The notes under the pieces were generated by a model. That model saw only the letters and a program-made list of their open reading frames with translations. It had not been told where the DNA came from and ran no database searches. Positions 9,652-18,636 of a DNA stretch of 64,000 nt are shown here, one piece after another (within the stretch, counting starts at the first letter, position 1; the number at the start of each line of letters is the position of its first letter). The position numbers were made by a program, and so were the translations under genes. The stretch comes from an uncultured Planctomycetia bacterium (GTDB lineage: Bacteria; Omnitrophota; Gorgyraeia; Duberdicusellales; Duberdicusellaceae). Where the stretch lies: positions 288,949 through 352,948 of the forward strand of contig CAZWJT010000001.1 of assembly GCA_964634935.1 (NCBI GenBank), written 5' to 3'.

Positions 9652-11229
9652 TTATTCAAGTTCAAAGACGATCGGAACCTCGATCCAGAGTTCTTTTTCC
9701 TCTATCCGTTCAGGAAAAGCGGGATACGGAGCAAGACTGCGAACAGTTTTAAGAACCGCGTCATCCAGCTCAGGATAACCAGAGGAACGGAGCACTTGCG
9801 CGTTCAAAAGGCTTCCGTTGGAAACAAGATGCAAACTCAGTTTCATCTCTCCCTGCCAAGAATCTTCCTCGGCGCTTGGAGGATATACAACGGTAGCAAG
9901 AATCTTCCTCTGAATATCCGCGACATACATACTCAGGTCTCCCCCGATAGTTTCATTCTCAAAAGGAGAAACAAGACGCGAACCCTGAGCAAGCTTCTTA
10001 AGCTCTTTATCCTCGTTCTCATATTTAATCAATTCGGGAGTCAGCGCAATGACAAGCTCGGTTTTTTCATCCTGAAAATCCTTTGACCTAAAGAGCGCTC
10101 CGACAATAGGAATATTCCCGAGAGCCGGCAGTTTCTCGATATTCTTCGATACCGAATTCTGGATAAGCCCTCCGATAAAAATCGTTTCACCTGGTTTTAA
10201 AAAAAGATCCGTTGACGCATTGCGCTTTGAAAACGCAGGAATAATAATACCCGAAGCAGTAACTGCATTCGCCCAATCGATATCGCTTACTTCCGTATAA
10301 AGATTAATTTTAAGCATATCTTCTTCGGTCACCCGGGGGCGAATTTTCAAAATGACGCCATACTCTTTATATTCCACATTCGTGGAGGATCCTGTCTGAT
10401 TCGCTGTAGTAGTGACGACCGGAACCTCTCCTCCAACCAGAATCTTCGCTTCTTCTCCGCTTAAACACATAAGCTTGGGTTGGGATAAAATCTTACCTTT
10501 ATTGCGTTTCACCAACATATTGATTCTTGTGGTCAGCGCATCTCGAGAAAGGCTGACGACTTTCGTAAAAAGCTTGCCTTTGCCCCAGCGGTCAAGCGTA
10601 GTTGAAATGCCGCTATCCTCTCCCCCGGCAACATATGGCTCTTCACGAACGTTGATATAGTTCTGCCAATCAAAACCAAGATTATCTTCAAAATCCTTAT
10701 TCAGCTCAAGAATTTCAACATCTATTTTTACCAAATCCCTCTCAACCTTAGCAACAATAAGGTTCTCAACATAATCCTTGAAAGGAAGAGTCAACGTAAC
10801 AATTTTATCAATATCGTCTTTTGTCGCTTCTCCTTTTAAGATAAGCTTCCCGTTCAATTTATTAACGATGATTTCGATATTGTTCAAACCGAGTTTTTTA
10901 TAGAGAATTTCGGAGAGCTTTGTCTTGATGTCAGCAAGATTCTTCTCAAAAACATTCACAGAATAGCTCTCCTTACCAGACGCTGTCCATACATCTACCT
11001 GAGTAATACCTTGCTTCTTACCAAGAATATCAATATAGCCAGGAGTAACTTTTACTACATCAAGAAAGTCTGGATTTAAAATAGAGACGCGCTGTGCTCC
11101 GGTAACGTCAATTCGGCCAATCTCTCCAACCATAAGCTCATAGCTACCCACAATCTGATTTTCCTGCCCGACCAATAGATTTACTCCCAAAAGAAAAAAC
11201 ACGAAAAATGTTAACAAATATTTTCTCAT
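9652..11229 (-). CDS. Secretin (CpaC/RcpA-like) with an appended C-terminal TonB C-terminal-like domain. The start is set at the internal Met (MRKYLL...).
   Basis: Signal peptide MRKYLLTFFVFFLLGVNLLVGQE. Secretin signature LPALGNIPIVGALFRSKD. The C-terminal ~90 aa (VYPPSAEEDSWQGEMKLSLHLVSNGSLLNAQVLRSSGYPELDDAVLKTVRSLAPYPAFP) matches the TonB_C pattern. The ATG at 11229 sits 1 nt from the cpaB stop. Confidence 0.7.
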   Translation of the reverse strand: MRKYLLTFFVFFLLGVNLLVGQENQIVGSYELMVGEIGRIDVTGAQRVSILNPDFLDVVKVTPGYIDILGKKQGITQVDVWTASGKESYSVNVFEKNLADIKTKLSEILYKKLGLNNIEIIVNKLNGKLILKGEATKDDIDKIVTLTLPFKDYVENLIVAKVERDLVKIDVEILELNKDFEDNLGFDWQNYINVREEPYVAGGEDSGISTTLDRWGKGKLFTKVVSLSRDALTTRINMLVKRNKGKILSQPKLMCLSGEEAKILVGGEVPVVTTTANQTGSSTNVEYKEYGVILKIRPRVTEEDMLKINLYTEVSDIDWANAVTASGIIIPAFSKRNASTDLFLKPGETIFIGGLIQNSVSKNIEKLPALGNIPIVGALFRSKDFQDEKTELVIALTPELIKYENEDKELKKLAQGSRLVSPFENETIGGDLSMYVADIQRKILATVVYPPSAEEDSWQGEMKLSLHLVSNGSLLNAQVLRSSGYPELDDAVLKTVRSLAPYPAFPERIEEKELWIEVPIVFELE

Positions 11230-11230
11230 C

Positions 11231-12043
11231 TCACTTCCCCTCGAGGTTAATGGAAGTTTTTTCCGTACCTTTAAACACTTCAACCGTGGGAGGCTCTGGA
11301 GGAGGCGGGGGAGCGGTTTTTTTAATATTCAACAACTTCTCCCATAATTTATCAACCGTGACAAACTCCTTTGAAGTCAATCCCTGATCAAGCGGAGAAC
11401 GCAAGAGCAGCTTGATTCTGCCCATTTCCATAGCAAAGGTAAGCAGCGACGCCTGCTCCGGGGTAAGCGCAAGAGTGATCGTGGAAGGCATTTCACTGCT
11501 GACAGAGGGCATATCCGAAGTCCTGCTTTCAACTGCCAGGATAAGAACATTTTCATACATAGGCACCACGACGCTGCTTCCCTGGGGAAAAGGAAACAAT
11601 CCAATGATATCAACCTTATCTGCCGGGGCAATCATCCCGTTGATTGAACTTATTTTATCAACAGAAATAGTCATAGCTCGATAGCCTTCGGGAGTCAACT
11701 GGGAAAATTTTCCAGTTCGATAGGGTAAAAAAATCTTACTGTTGGTAATCTGCTCTCCTTTCAAGATATCCGAAGTAGCTACTTTGTCCAACGCTGAATC
11801 TACCGAAAAGAATGCCCCTTGTTCGACAAGATTCTGGGGCAGCCTGGCAAGGGCGATATGGTGAGCGGTGATTTTTGTGCCTTTATAGATATCAACCTGG
11901 GCAATGACAACAGGAATTTCTTCTTTCCGCAACAATTCCTGACGGTACTTTTCAACTGTTTGCTGCAGAAGATTTTGAAAGGCAATGACCGCTACAATCG
12001 CAAGAGCTATTCCAATTCCTAAATTAATTATTTTTTTATTCAT
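11231..12043 (-). CDS. cpaB: Flp pilus assembly protein CpaB/RcpC (SAF-domain).
   Basis: N-terminal TM helix, then EEIPVVIAQVDIYKGTKI (SAF-like), then a C-terminal domain. Positioned upstream of the secretin as in Tad loci. Confidence 0.6.
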   Translation of the reverse strand: MNKKIINLGIGIALAIVAVIAFQNLLQQTVEKYRQELLRKEEIPVVIAQVDIYKGTKITAHHIALARLPQNLVEQGAFFSVDSALDKVATSDILKGEQITNSKIFLPYRTGKFSQLTPEGYRAMTISVDKISSINGMIAPADKVDIIGLFPFPQGSSVVVPMYENVLILAVESRTSDMPSVSSEMPSTITLALTPEQASLLTFAMEMGRIKLLLRSPLDQGLTSKEFVTVDKLWEKLLNIKKTAPPPPPEPPTVEVFKGTEKTSINLEGK

Positions 12044-12054
12044 ACTGATTCTAC

Positions 12055-12954
12055 CTACCGCAGTAAATCATCCTTAATTTCAGGAACTGATTTTTTCCGA
12101 ATACTCTCCATAAAATCCTGCAATTTCTGCGATTTGATAGCATTCACTATTTCTTCCCGTATCTCGCTTAACGGTAGCGCTTGAGAAGCAATTTTTTCTT
12201 CAAGCTTCAAGATATAATATTTTCCCCCATCCTGGAAAACGTTTGAAATTTCCCCTTTCTCAAGAGGTAAGACTTTTTCCCAGTATTTATCAGAATGTTT
12301 GTTAATTTCTTCCGCAGTCAACTTGATAAGACCCAGGTCTCCTCCTTTATTTTTCGAAGGTAGAACCGAAAACTGTTCAGCAACCGCCTTAAAACTCTCT
12401 CCTTGAAGTAATTTAATCTGAACCGCCTTTGCAGTATCCATATCGTTTGTGGCAATCTCCCGGATGCGCAACTGAGGAGCGCTCTGAAGGCTTTCTTTAT
12501 TCTTATCGTAAAAACCCTGGATATCTCCTTCAGAAACAATCATCGTCTGGATGATATCCTGCAAGAGGCGTTCAACTAAAATAGCATTGAACGCTTCGAC
12601 AACGTCATCGCCCTTATCGAGGCCTCTTCGTTTTGCTTCCTGGACAAGATATGCCGTGCGGATAAGATTGTCCAGGAATGCGCGCTTCCCTTCATACGTA
12701 GAAAGCTTTGCTTTATCGTCCTCGCTGAGCTTACTCGTATCAACCTGTTTTAAAATCCGGTTAAAATCCTCAAGACCGATTGCCCAATCGTTTACTCTGG
12801 CAAGGAGAGGTCCGTTGATCTTGGCGGTAACCGGATCGGTTTTTGGAGGTTTCGTAGTTGGTTTGTCTTTGGGTTTAAAGAAGTCGAAATTGCATCCGGA
12901 GCAGAGAAGTATTGATATTACGCAGAGCACATAAACTACCGTTCGTTTTTGCAT
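12055..12954 (-). CDS. Secreted parvulin-type peptidyl-prolyl cis-trans isomerase (SurA/PrsA-like).
   Basis: Signal peptide with a Cys-containing end (LLCSGC). Parvulin motif KGGDLGLI...GEISNVFQDGGKYYILKLEE. Preceded by an AGGAGG RBS. Confidence 0.6.
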   Translation of the reverse strand: MQKRTVVYVLCVISILLCSGCNFDFFKPKDKPTTKPPKTDPVTAKINGPLLARVNDWAIGLEDFNRILKQVDTSKLSEDDKAKLSTYEGKRAFLDNLIRTAYLVQEAKRRGLDKGDDVVEAFNAILVERLLQDIIQTMIVSEGDIQGFYDKNKESLQSAPQLRIREIATNDMDTAKAVQIKLLQGESFKAVAEQFSVLPSKNKGGDLGLIKLTAEEINKHSDKYWEKVLPLEKGEISNVFQDGGKYYILKLEEKIASQALPLSEIREEIVNAIKSQKLQDFMESIRKKSVPEIKDDLLR

Positions 12955-13003
12955 TCGCTATCCTCCTTTTAAAAAAACATATTGAATTTTTATTTCGATT
13001 TTT

Positions 13004-13031
13004 ATTGTATCTGAGTTTTACCTAAAAGCAA
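13004..13031 (-). promoter_or_regulatory. Candidate sigma70 promoter of the PPIase/Tad-like operon. On the minus strand: TTGCTT, 16-nt spacer, TACAAT.
   Basis: Hexamers read in the reverse complement of 12955-13113. Only a moderate match. Confidence 0.3.
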
Positions 13032-13113
13032 GTTTTTTTTAAGAATCTGACCATTTCTACCGACGCGTTCCTCTTGTCGTACGACTGCCGCGCAAGGGAA
13101 AAATAGTATTGAC

Positions 13114-14337
13114 ATGGCTCCGGTTTTAAGTTACTTTGAAATGATGAAATTCGAAGTTGCCTGCGGTTTCAGTCCTGAAAAAAATAATCTGGAGAAGGCG
13201 GTAAAAGAAGCCAGTGTCCAGATTAAATCGCGCCTCTCTTCTCCCCGGATAGACCTCTGTATTGTATTTTTCAACCTCTCCGTAAAAAACAATACGCTCC
13301 ATTATGAAATACGCAGAACTTTAAATCCCAAAGCGCTCATCGGAACTTCCTCGCCCTATCTCATTTTTGAAAACACCGTATCGCGCTATGGACTGATTAT
13401 CGTGGCTCTGACTGGTATCGAATGCCATACGCAGATGGTAGAAAATATTGAAGAAAAATCGTGGGAACACATTGAAAGTGAACTCAGTAAAACAATTCAT
13501 TCAGAAACACGTACCCGCCGAGATTTGGGGCTTGTTTTCTTTCACGGAAAGATGAAATATCCGCAATCACTTTTAAAGGGATTCCAAAGAAGCATGGGCA
13601 GAATGTTCCCCCTTCTAGGAATCAGCTCTGTTCCGAAAAATGAATTTATCTCCTCTGCCTCTGTCGATACGCAGCAACTTTCGGCAACGGCGATTGCAAG
13701 AAACAGCCTCGTATATGCTAACTTTAATACGGAAAATTTCCGTTACGGATTTGCCCTGCTCCACGGGTTTAAACCAATCGGCAGGCCATCCTTGATTACC
13801 GAAAAAGAAAATAATATAATAAAAACGATAGAAAAAATACCGGCAAACCGGTTTTATCTCTCTTATTTTGACAAAAGCACCCTCGTGCAAAAAGAAACGT
13901 CGTTAAAAAAAATAGCTGGGCTGTACCCGTTGGGAATAGAAACACAAGAGGGCATGGAACCTCTCCTGCGCCCACCTACAGAAACAACAAAAGATGGATC
14001 TCTTGAAGTCATCGGAGATATCCCTTTCTTAACCGCGCGCATGATGATTGCTACCCGACAATCTCTGATACATGCGGCACAAAAATCGTTGCGCACCAGC
14101 CTTCGTCCGGTGAAAAAACCACTCTGTGCGATTATTTTTGAATCTTTTACCCGATTCAAAATGCTTGGTTCACAGTACCGGAATGAACTTTCTCTGATAA
14201 AATCCGACCTTGGCAAAATCCCTCTTGTCGGAGCTCTTTCAAATTACCAGATTGCTCCGCTCTATTCTTCCGAACTCGGAGGAGAAGCAAGAATCCACCA
14301 TTCTACGGTTTGCGTCCTAACATTGGGGGAACGCTGA
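13114..14337 (+). CDS. Probable FIST (N+C) domain sensory protein. The start is uncertain and may be at 13141/13144.
   Basis: About 400 aa and cytosolic. N-terminus KFEVACGFS...PRIDLCIVFF...IGTSSPY...GLIIVALTG fits the FIST_N pattern from memory. The stop overlaps the histidine-kinase ATG (TGATG). Confidence 0.4.
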   Translation: MAPVLSYFEMMKFEVACGFSPEKNNLEKAVKEASVQIKSRLSSPRIDLCIVFFNLSVKNNTLHYEIRRTLNPKALIGTSSPYLIFENTVSRYGLIIVALTGIECHTQMVENIEEKSWEHIESELSKTIHSETRTRRDLGLVFFHGKMKYPQSLLKGFQRSMGRMFPLLGISSVPKNEFISSASVDTQQLSATAIARNSLVYANFNTENFRYGFALLHGFKPIGRPSLITEKENNIIKTIEKIPANRFYLSYFDKSTLVQKETSLKKIAGLYPLGIETQEGMEPLLRPPTETTKDGSLEVIGDIPFLTARMMIATRQSLIHAAQKSLRTSLRPVKKPLCAIIFESFTRFKMLGSQYRNELSLIKSDLGKIPLVGALSNYQIAPLYSSELGGEARIHHSTVCVLTLGER

Positions 14338-15821
14338 TGCCTTCTTTAGGATGCCCACCTCCTGCGGATACCGGTAATTACGTCTCGTTCGTATTTGGTT
14401 TAATCATCTGTTTACTTTCTGGATTCGCCTACTCAAAAATGCGTTCAATCAAAAGCCTCGAGAAGACAGTGGGCGATTTAAACCGAAAAATGTATGAACT
14501 CGATGAACAGGCAAAGTTAATTATCAAGACAGACCTTGAGTTAAATAAAACCCAGGAAGAACTTGATAGAAAAATAACCAGTTTGCTCGCCTTGCAGCAC
14601 TTTTCAAGAACTATCAACATCCTCCTTGAAAAAGAATCCCTTTTCGCAAGTCTCCAGGAAGACACGTTGGAAGACCTCGGGTTTACTTCCTGTTTAATTT
14701 TTACCAAAAAGCAGGGTGAAGAATATGAGATTAAAAAAATCATCACCATAAAAGAAAATTTTGACCAAACACGCTTCCCGTTTGCAGCAATCGTTGATAC
14801 CCTGCAAAAAACAAACGCCTCGATGATCACTTCCGAGGAAAAAACACTCCTGTGCGCCGAGGTTGAGAAAAATATCGCGTTACCAGCTTTTATCATTTTA
14901 CCGCTTAAGATAAAAGATGCCCTGATTGGCGCAATACTCCTCGGAAATACACTTGCCGCAATGCCTGAAGGAAACAAGGAAATCGCCGAAATTCTCGCAA
15001 CACAGATAAACCAGATGCTTGAGAATATCACCCTCTTTGAAGAATTGTATACAATCCAACGCGATCTCGAAAACAGAGTAAAAGAAAGAACACATGATTT
15101 GACAACCGCCTTACAACAGGTAGAACGGGCGAATCGGCTGAAAAGTGAATTCATCTCCTCCGTATCCCATGAGTTACGCACTCCGCTTACCTCGATTAAA
15201 GGATATGCGGCACTCCTTGCTGCAGGTAAATTCGGCTCTCTCCCCGAAGAGATAAAGACTCGCTTAGAACGTATTAACACCCAAGCAGACATGCTCGTCG
15301 CAATGATTAACGATTTACTTGATATCGCCAGAATTGAATCAGGAAGAATCGAACTGGCAATCGCCGAGAACGACTTAAGCAAAACTCTGCGGGAAACCGC
15401 GGAATTGCTCCTGCCTCAAGTGCGCGAGAAAAGTTTAAAAATCAAAATACACGCTCCGGACCAGCTACTGGGTTTTTTTGACAAAACGCTCATTGACCGG
15501 GCTCTGATTAACCTGCTCAGCAATGCGATAAAATTTACCCCCGAAGCAAAAACGATCGAACTGAGCGCAGAAGAAAAAGAAAATAGGCTTATCCTGAAAG
15601 TCAAAGACGAAGGCATGGGAATCTCGGATGAAGATAAAGAAAATATATTCAAAGAATTCTACCGGACAAAAGAAGCACAAAAAGCAGCGATTAAAGGAAC
15701 AGGCCTTGGTCTTTCCTTGGTAAAAAATATCGTCACGGCCCATAAGGGAACTATCGAGGTGCAGAGCACATTGGGATTGGGTTCAACGTTTCTCATAAAA
15801 TTGCCGAAAAAGAATGTTTAG
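14337..15821 (+). CDS. Sensor histidine kinase (TM helix, GAF-like domain, HisKA, HATPase_c).
   Basis: H-box SHELRTPLTSIKGYA. N, G1 and G2 boxes (LLSNAIKFT, KDEGMGI, GTGLGLSLVKNIV). The start is placed at the ATG overlapping the upstream stop. Confidence 0.8.
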   Translation: MPSLGCPPPADTGNYVSFVFGLIICLLSGFAYSKMRSIKSLEKTVGDLNRKMYELDEQAKLIIKTDLELNKTQEELDRKITSLLALQHFSRTINILLEKESLFASLQEDTLEDLGFTSCLIFTKKQGEEYEIKKIITIKENFDQTRFPFAAIVDTLQKTNASMITSEEKTLLCAEVEKNIALPAFIILPLKIKDALIGAILLGNTLAAMPEGNKEIAEILATQINQMLENITLFEELYTIQRDLENRVKERTHDLTTALQQVERANRLKSEFISSVSHELRTPLTSIKGYAALLAAGKFGSLPEEIKTRLERINTQADMLVAMINDLLDIARIESGRIELAIAENDLSKTLRETAELLLPQVREKSLKIKIHAPDQLLGFFDKTLIDRALINLLSNAIKFTPEAKTIELSAEEKENRLILKVKDEGMGISDEDKENIFKEFYRTKEAQKAAIKGTGLGLSLVKNIVTAHKGTIEVQSTLGLGSTFLIKLPKKNV

Positions 15822-16746
15822 AGAAAAAATTCTCATCATTGACGATGAACCGTTCATTCGAGATATCTTAAGGACTACACTCGAAGATACCTATGAAATC
15901 TCCGAAGCTTCTGACGGCGAAGAAGGATTACAGGCAATACGCACGCACAATCCGGCCCTGGTAATCGTTGATTACAAAATGCCGAAAAAAGACGGACTGG
16001 AAGTCTGCCGGGAAATCCGCCAGGATCCCCTCTACCTCCATCTGCCAATTATCATGTTAACCGGCAAGGGGGAAACACAAGATAAGATTCGAGGGCTGGA
16101 TACCGGGGTCGACGATTACATTGTAAAACCCTTTGAGCCGAATGAACTCATCGCTCGGGTCAGGATGGTCTTGAAACGCTCTACCCGCGATCTCGATGCC
16201 AATCCGCTCACCCGTCTTCCCGGTAATGTAACCATTATCAGCGAAATCACCCGGTACATGGAAAAAAAAGAAAAATTCGCCACCCTCTATATTGACCTCG
16301 ATAAGTTTAAAGCTTACAACGACCACTATGGTTTTCAGAAAGGTGATGGCCTGATTCGAGAAACAGCTCGAATCATTATTGAAAGTGTTCGCGATAGTGG
16401 AAACTCCGAAGATTTCATCGGACACATAGGCGGAGACGATTTTGTAGTTATCACCTCGATCGAAAAAGCGGAAAAGGTTGCTCAAAAAATCATTGAGCTC
16501 TTTGACTCAAAAATCATCAGTTTTTACAGCGAAGAAGACCGGATGCAGAAATTCATCATCGCCAAAGACCGCACCGGCATCACGCAGAAATTCCCGTTTG
16601 TTTCTATTTCCATAGGAATCGTCGATAATAGTTTCAAGGAATTTTCGCACGTTGGTGAAATTTCTGAGATCGGTGCGGAATTAAAACGGTATGCCAAGAC
16701 TTTCGCGGGAAGTGTATTTGTAAAAAACCAGCGCAAAAGCTTATAG
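15814..16746 (+). CDS. Response regulator: REC domain plus a GGDEF-type domain with a degenerate GGDDF signature.
   Basis: REC motifs (IIDDEP..., D at DYKMPKKDG, KPF). GGDEF-fold region DLDKFKAYNDHYGFQKGD, with HIGGDDF in place of RxGG(D/E)EF. 8-nt overlap with the kinase gene. Confidence 0.75.
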   Translation: MFREKILIIDDEPFIRDILRTTLEDTYEISEASDGEEGLQAIRTHNPALVIVDYKMPKKDGLEVCREIRQDPLYLHLPIIMLTGKGETQDKIRGLDTGVDDYIVKPFEPNELIARVRMVLKRSTRDLDANPLTRLPGNVTIISEITRYMEKKEKFATLYIDLDKFKAYNDHYGFQKGDGLIRETARIIIESVRDSGNSEDFIGHIGGDDFVVITSIEKAEKVAQKIIELFDSKIISFYSEEDRMQKFIIAKDRTGITQKFPFVSISIGIVDNSFKEFSHVGEISEIGAELKRYAKTFAGSVFVKNQRKSL

Positions 16747-16816
16747 TACAGCTTTCGAAAATAGACGCGAGATACCCTGAGCTATTCCCTAAACAAAAAC
16801 CAAGAAAGGTATTTTT

Positions 16817-17566
16817 ATGGAGATAGTACACGCGATCATTGCAGGCATAGTCCAAGGAACCGCGGAATTTTTACCAATCAGTAGCAGCGGACATTTAGTG
16901 CTCCTGGAATCTCTATTTCAGAGAAAAACCGAATTACTCCTTATCGTGCTCTTGCACGTTGGAACACTCTTTTCAGTAACGGTATTTTTCTGGAAAGATA
17001 TTGTAAAATACGCCAAGAATCTCAACCTCCTCAAACATATCCTGCTCATTACCGTCGTTACCGGGACGATTGGAATAACCTTTAAAGATATTTTCGAAAA
17101 AATATTTTCTTCACCCCAAGCAGTTATCTTTGCGCTTTTCCTAAACGGGACTATGCTCCTTTTCGCCAAAGACAAAGGAACAAAAACTCTCCACGACATA
17201 ACTTATAAGGATTCTCTTTGGATGGGAATTACTCAAGGTATAGCGGTCATCCCGGGGATCTCCCGATCAGGAATTACCTTAGTAACCCTTTTGTTCCGCG
17301 GAATCAAAAAAGAGGATGCTTTCACTTTCTCGTTTCTTGCTTCACTGCCGGCGATTTTCGGAGCCTTCCTGCTCGAAACAAAAGAATCACTTGCCTCTTC
17401 CCAAAAAATACTCACCACACCTACCATACTCGGCATCATTGTCGCGTTTTTTGTCGGGTTAGCTGCGCTTTTTCTCTTCGCATCATGCGTCAAGAAATCA
17501 CGCCTTTTTCTTTTCGGCTACTATTGTATTATGCTATCGGTGGCAAGTTATCTTCTCTTCTGCTGA
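16817..17566 (+). CDS. uppP: Undecaprenyl-diphosphate phosphatase.
   Basis: Motifs SGHLVLL and PGISRSGITL, with a multi-TM profile. Confidence 0.8.
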   Translation: MEIVHAIIAGIVQGTAEFLPISSSGHLVLLESLFQRKTELLLIVLLHVGTLFSVTVFFWKDIVKYAKNLNLLKHILLITVVTGTIGITFKDIFEKIFSSPQAVIFALFLNGTMLLFAKDKGTKTLHDITYKDSLWMGITQGIAVIPGISRSGITLVTLLFRGIKKEDAFTFSFLASLPAIFGAFLLETKESLASSQKILTTPTILGIIVAFFVGLAALFLFASCVKKSRLFLFGYYCIMLSVASYLLFC

Positions 17567-17594
17567 ACAAAAAAGCACTAAAGATTTTGGAAGA

Positions 17595-18623
17595 TTACGC
17601 GCGGATAAGCTGTTCGGCGATCTGAACCGCGTTTAAGGCTGCGCCCTTCAATAGATTATCAGCAACAACCCATAACCACAATCCTTCTCTGGTAAAAATA
17701 TCTTTTCGAATACGCCCCACAAATACCTCGCCTTTACCCTCTATATCTTTTGGCATTGGGTACAAGCCCTTCTGTGGATCGTCAAGAACAACAATTCCCG
17801 GTGCCCGGGAAAGAAGAAGTTTGACTTCTTTTATCCCTGCCGGCTTCTTCGTTTCGATGTAAATCGATTCTGAATGTCCGGTGCGCACTGGAACACGCAC
17901 AGTTGTGGCAGAAATCTTTATCTTGGGATCATGCATGATTTTATGTGTTTCCTTCACCAACTTCCACTCTTCGCTTGTATACCCTTGCTCCGCAAAACCG
18001 CCAATATGGGGAAAAACATTATAGGCGAGCTGCTGCGGCATAGCTTTTTCTCCCTGCATCACGTGAATTTGATGAAACCCTGACTGAGCAATGATATTGG
18101 TTTCGCGCTGCAGTTGCTCAACAGCACTCTTCCCGGCTCCAGAAGAAGCTTGAAGAGTGGTCACGATAATTTTTTTGATACCGTATTTTTTGTAAATCGG
18201 ATACAAAGCAACTACCATCTGAATCGTTGAACAGTTGGGATTCGCAATTATTCCCTTATGCTTTTTAAGATCCCGGCCGTTTACTTCCGGGACAACGAGC
18301 GGAACCGTTTTCTCCATACGAAAATCAGCGCCGTTATCAATTACTACTGCCCCATAGTTTGCCGCAACCGGAGCAAAAGTCACTGCCGCTCCCTTTTCGC
18401 CTTCGGTCCCGGCAAAAAGGGCTATATCTATTCCCCGAAAAGCCTCGTCGGAAATTGCCTGCACATGGAAAGTTTGACCATCAACTTCGAGCTGGCGCGA
18501 CGACCGGGCAAAAACCCGCAATTCCTGGATAGGAAAATTCCTCTGGCGTAAACATCGAAGCATTTCAACGCCCACTGCGCCAACACCTACTACCGCAATA
18601 TTGTACTTTGATTTTTTCTGCAT
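17595..18623 (-). CDS. asd: Aspartate-semialdehyde dehydrogenase.
   Basis: N-terminal Rossmann IAVVGVGAVG, an active-site Cys region (NPNCSTI), and a typical length. Confidence 0.8.
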   Translation of the reverse strand: MQKKSKYNIAVVGVGAVGVEMLRCLRQRNFPIQELRVFARSSRQLEVDGQTFHVQAISDEAFRGIDIALFAGTEGEKGAAVTFAPVAANYGAVVIDNGADFRMEKTVPLVVPEVNGRDLKKHKGIIANPNCSTIQMVVALYPIYKKYGIKKIIVTTLQASSGAGKSAVEQLQRETNIIAQSGFHQIHVMQGEKAMPQQLAYNVFPHIGGFAEQGYTSEEWKLVKETHKIMHDPKIKISATTVRVPVRTGHSESIYIETKKPAGIKEVKLLLSRAPGIVVLDDPQKGLYPMPKDIEGKGEVFVGRIRKDIFTREGLWLWVVADNLLKGAALNAVQIAEQLIRA

Positions 18624-18636
18624 GATTTTCTCTGGT

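Noticed and set aside
14429-15382. 317-aa minus-strand ORF antisense to the histidine kinase gene.
   Set aside because: It is Ser/Phe/Ile-rich low-complexity and lies entirely inside a kinase gene with clear H/N/G boxes. It is a typical antisense artefact in AT-rich DNA.
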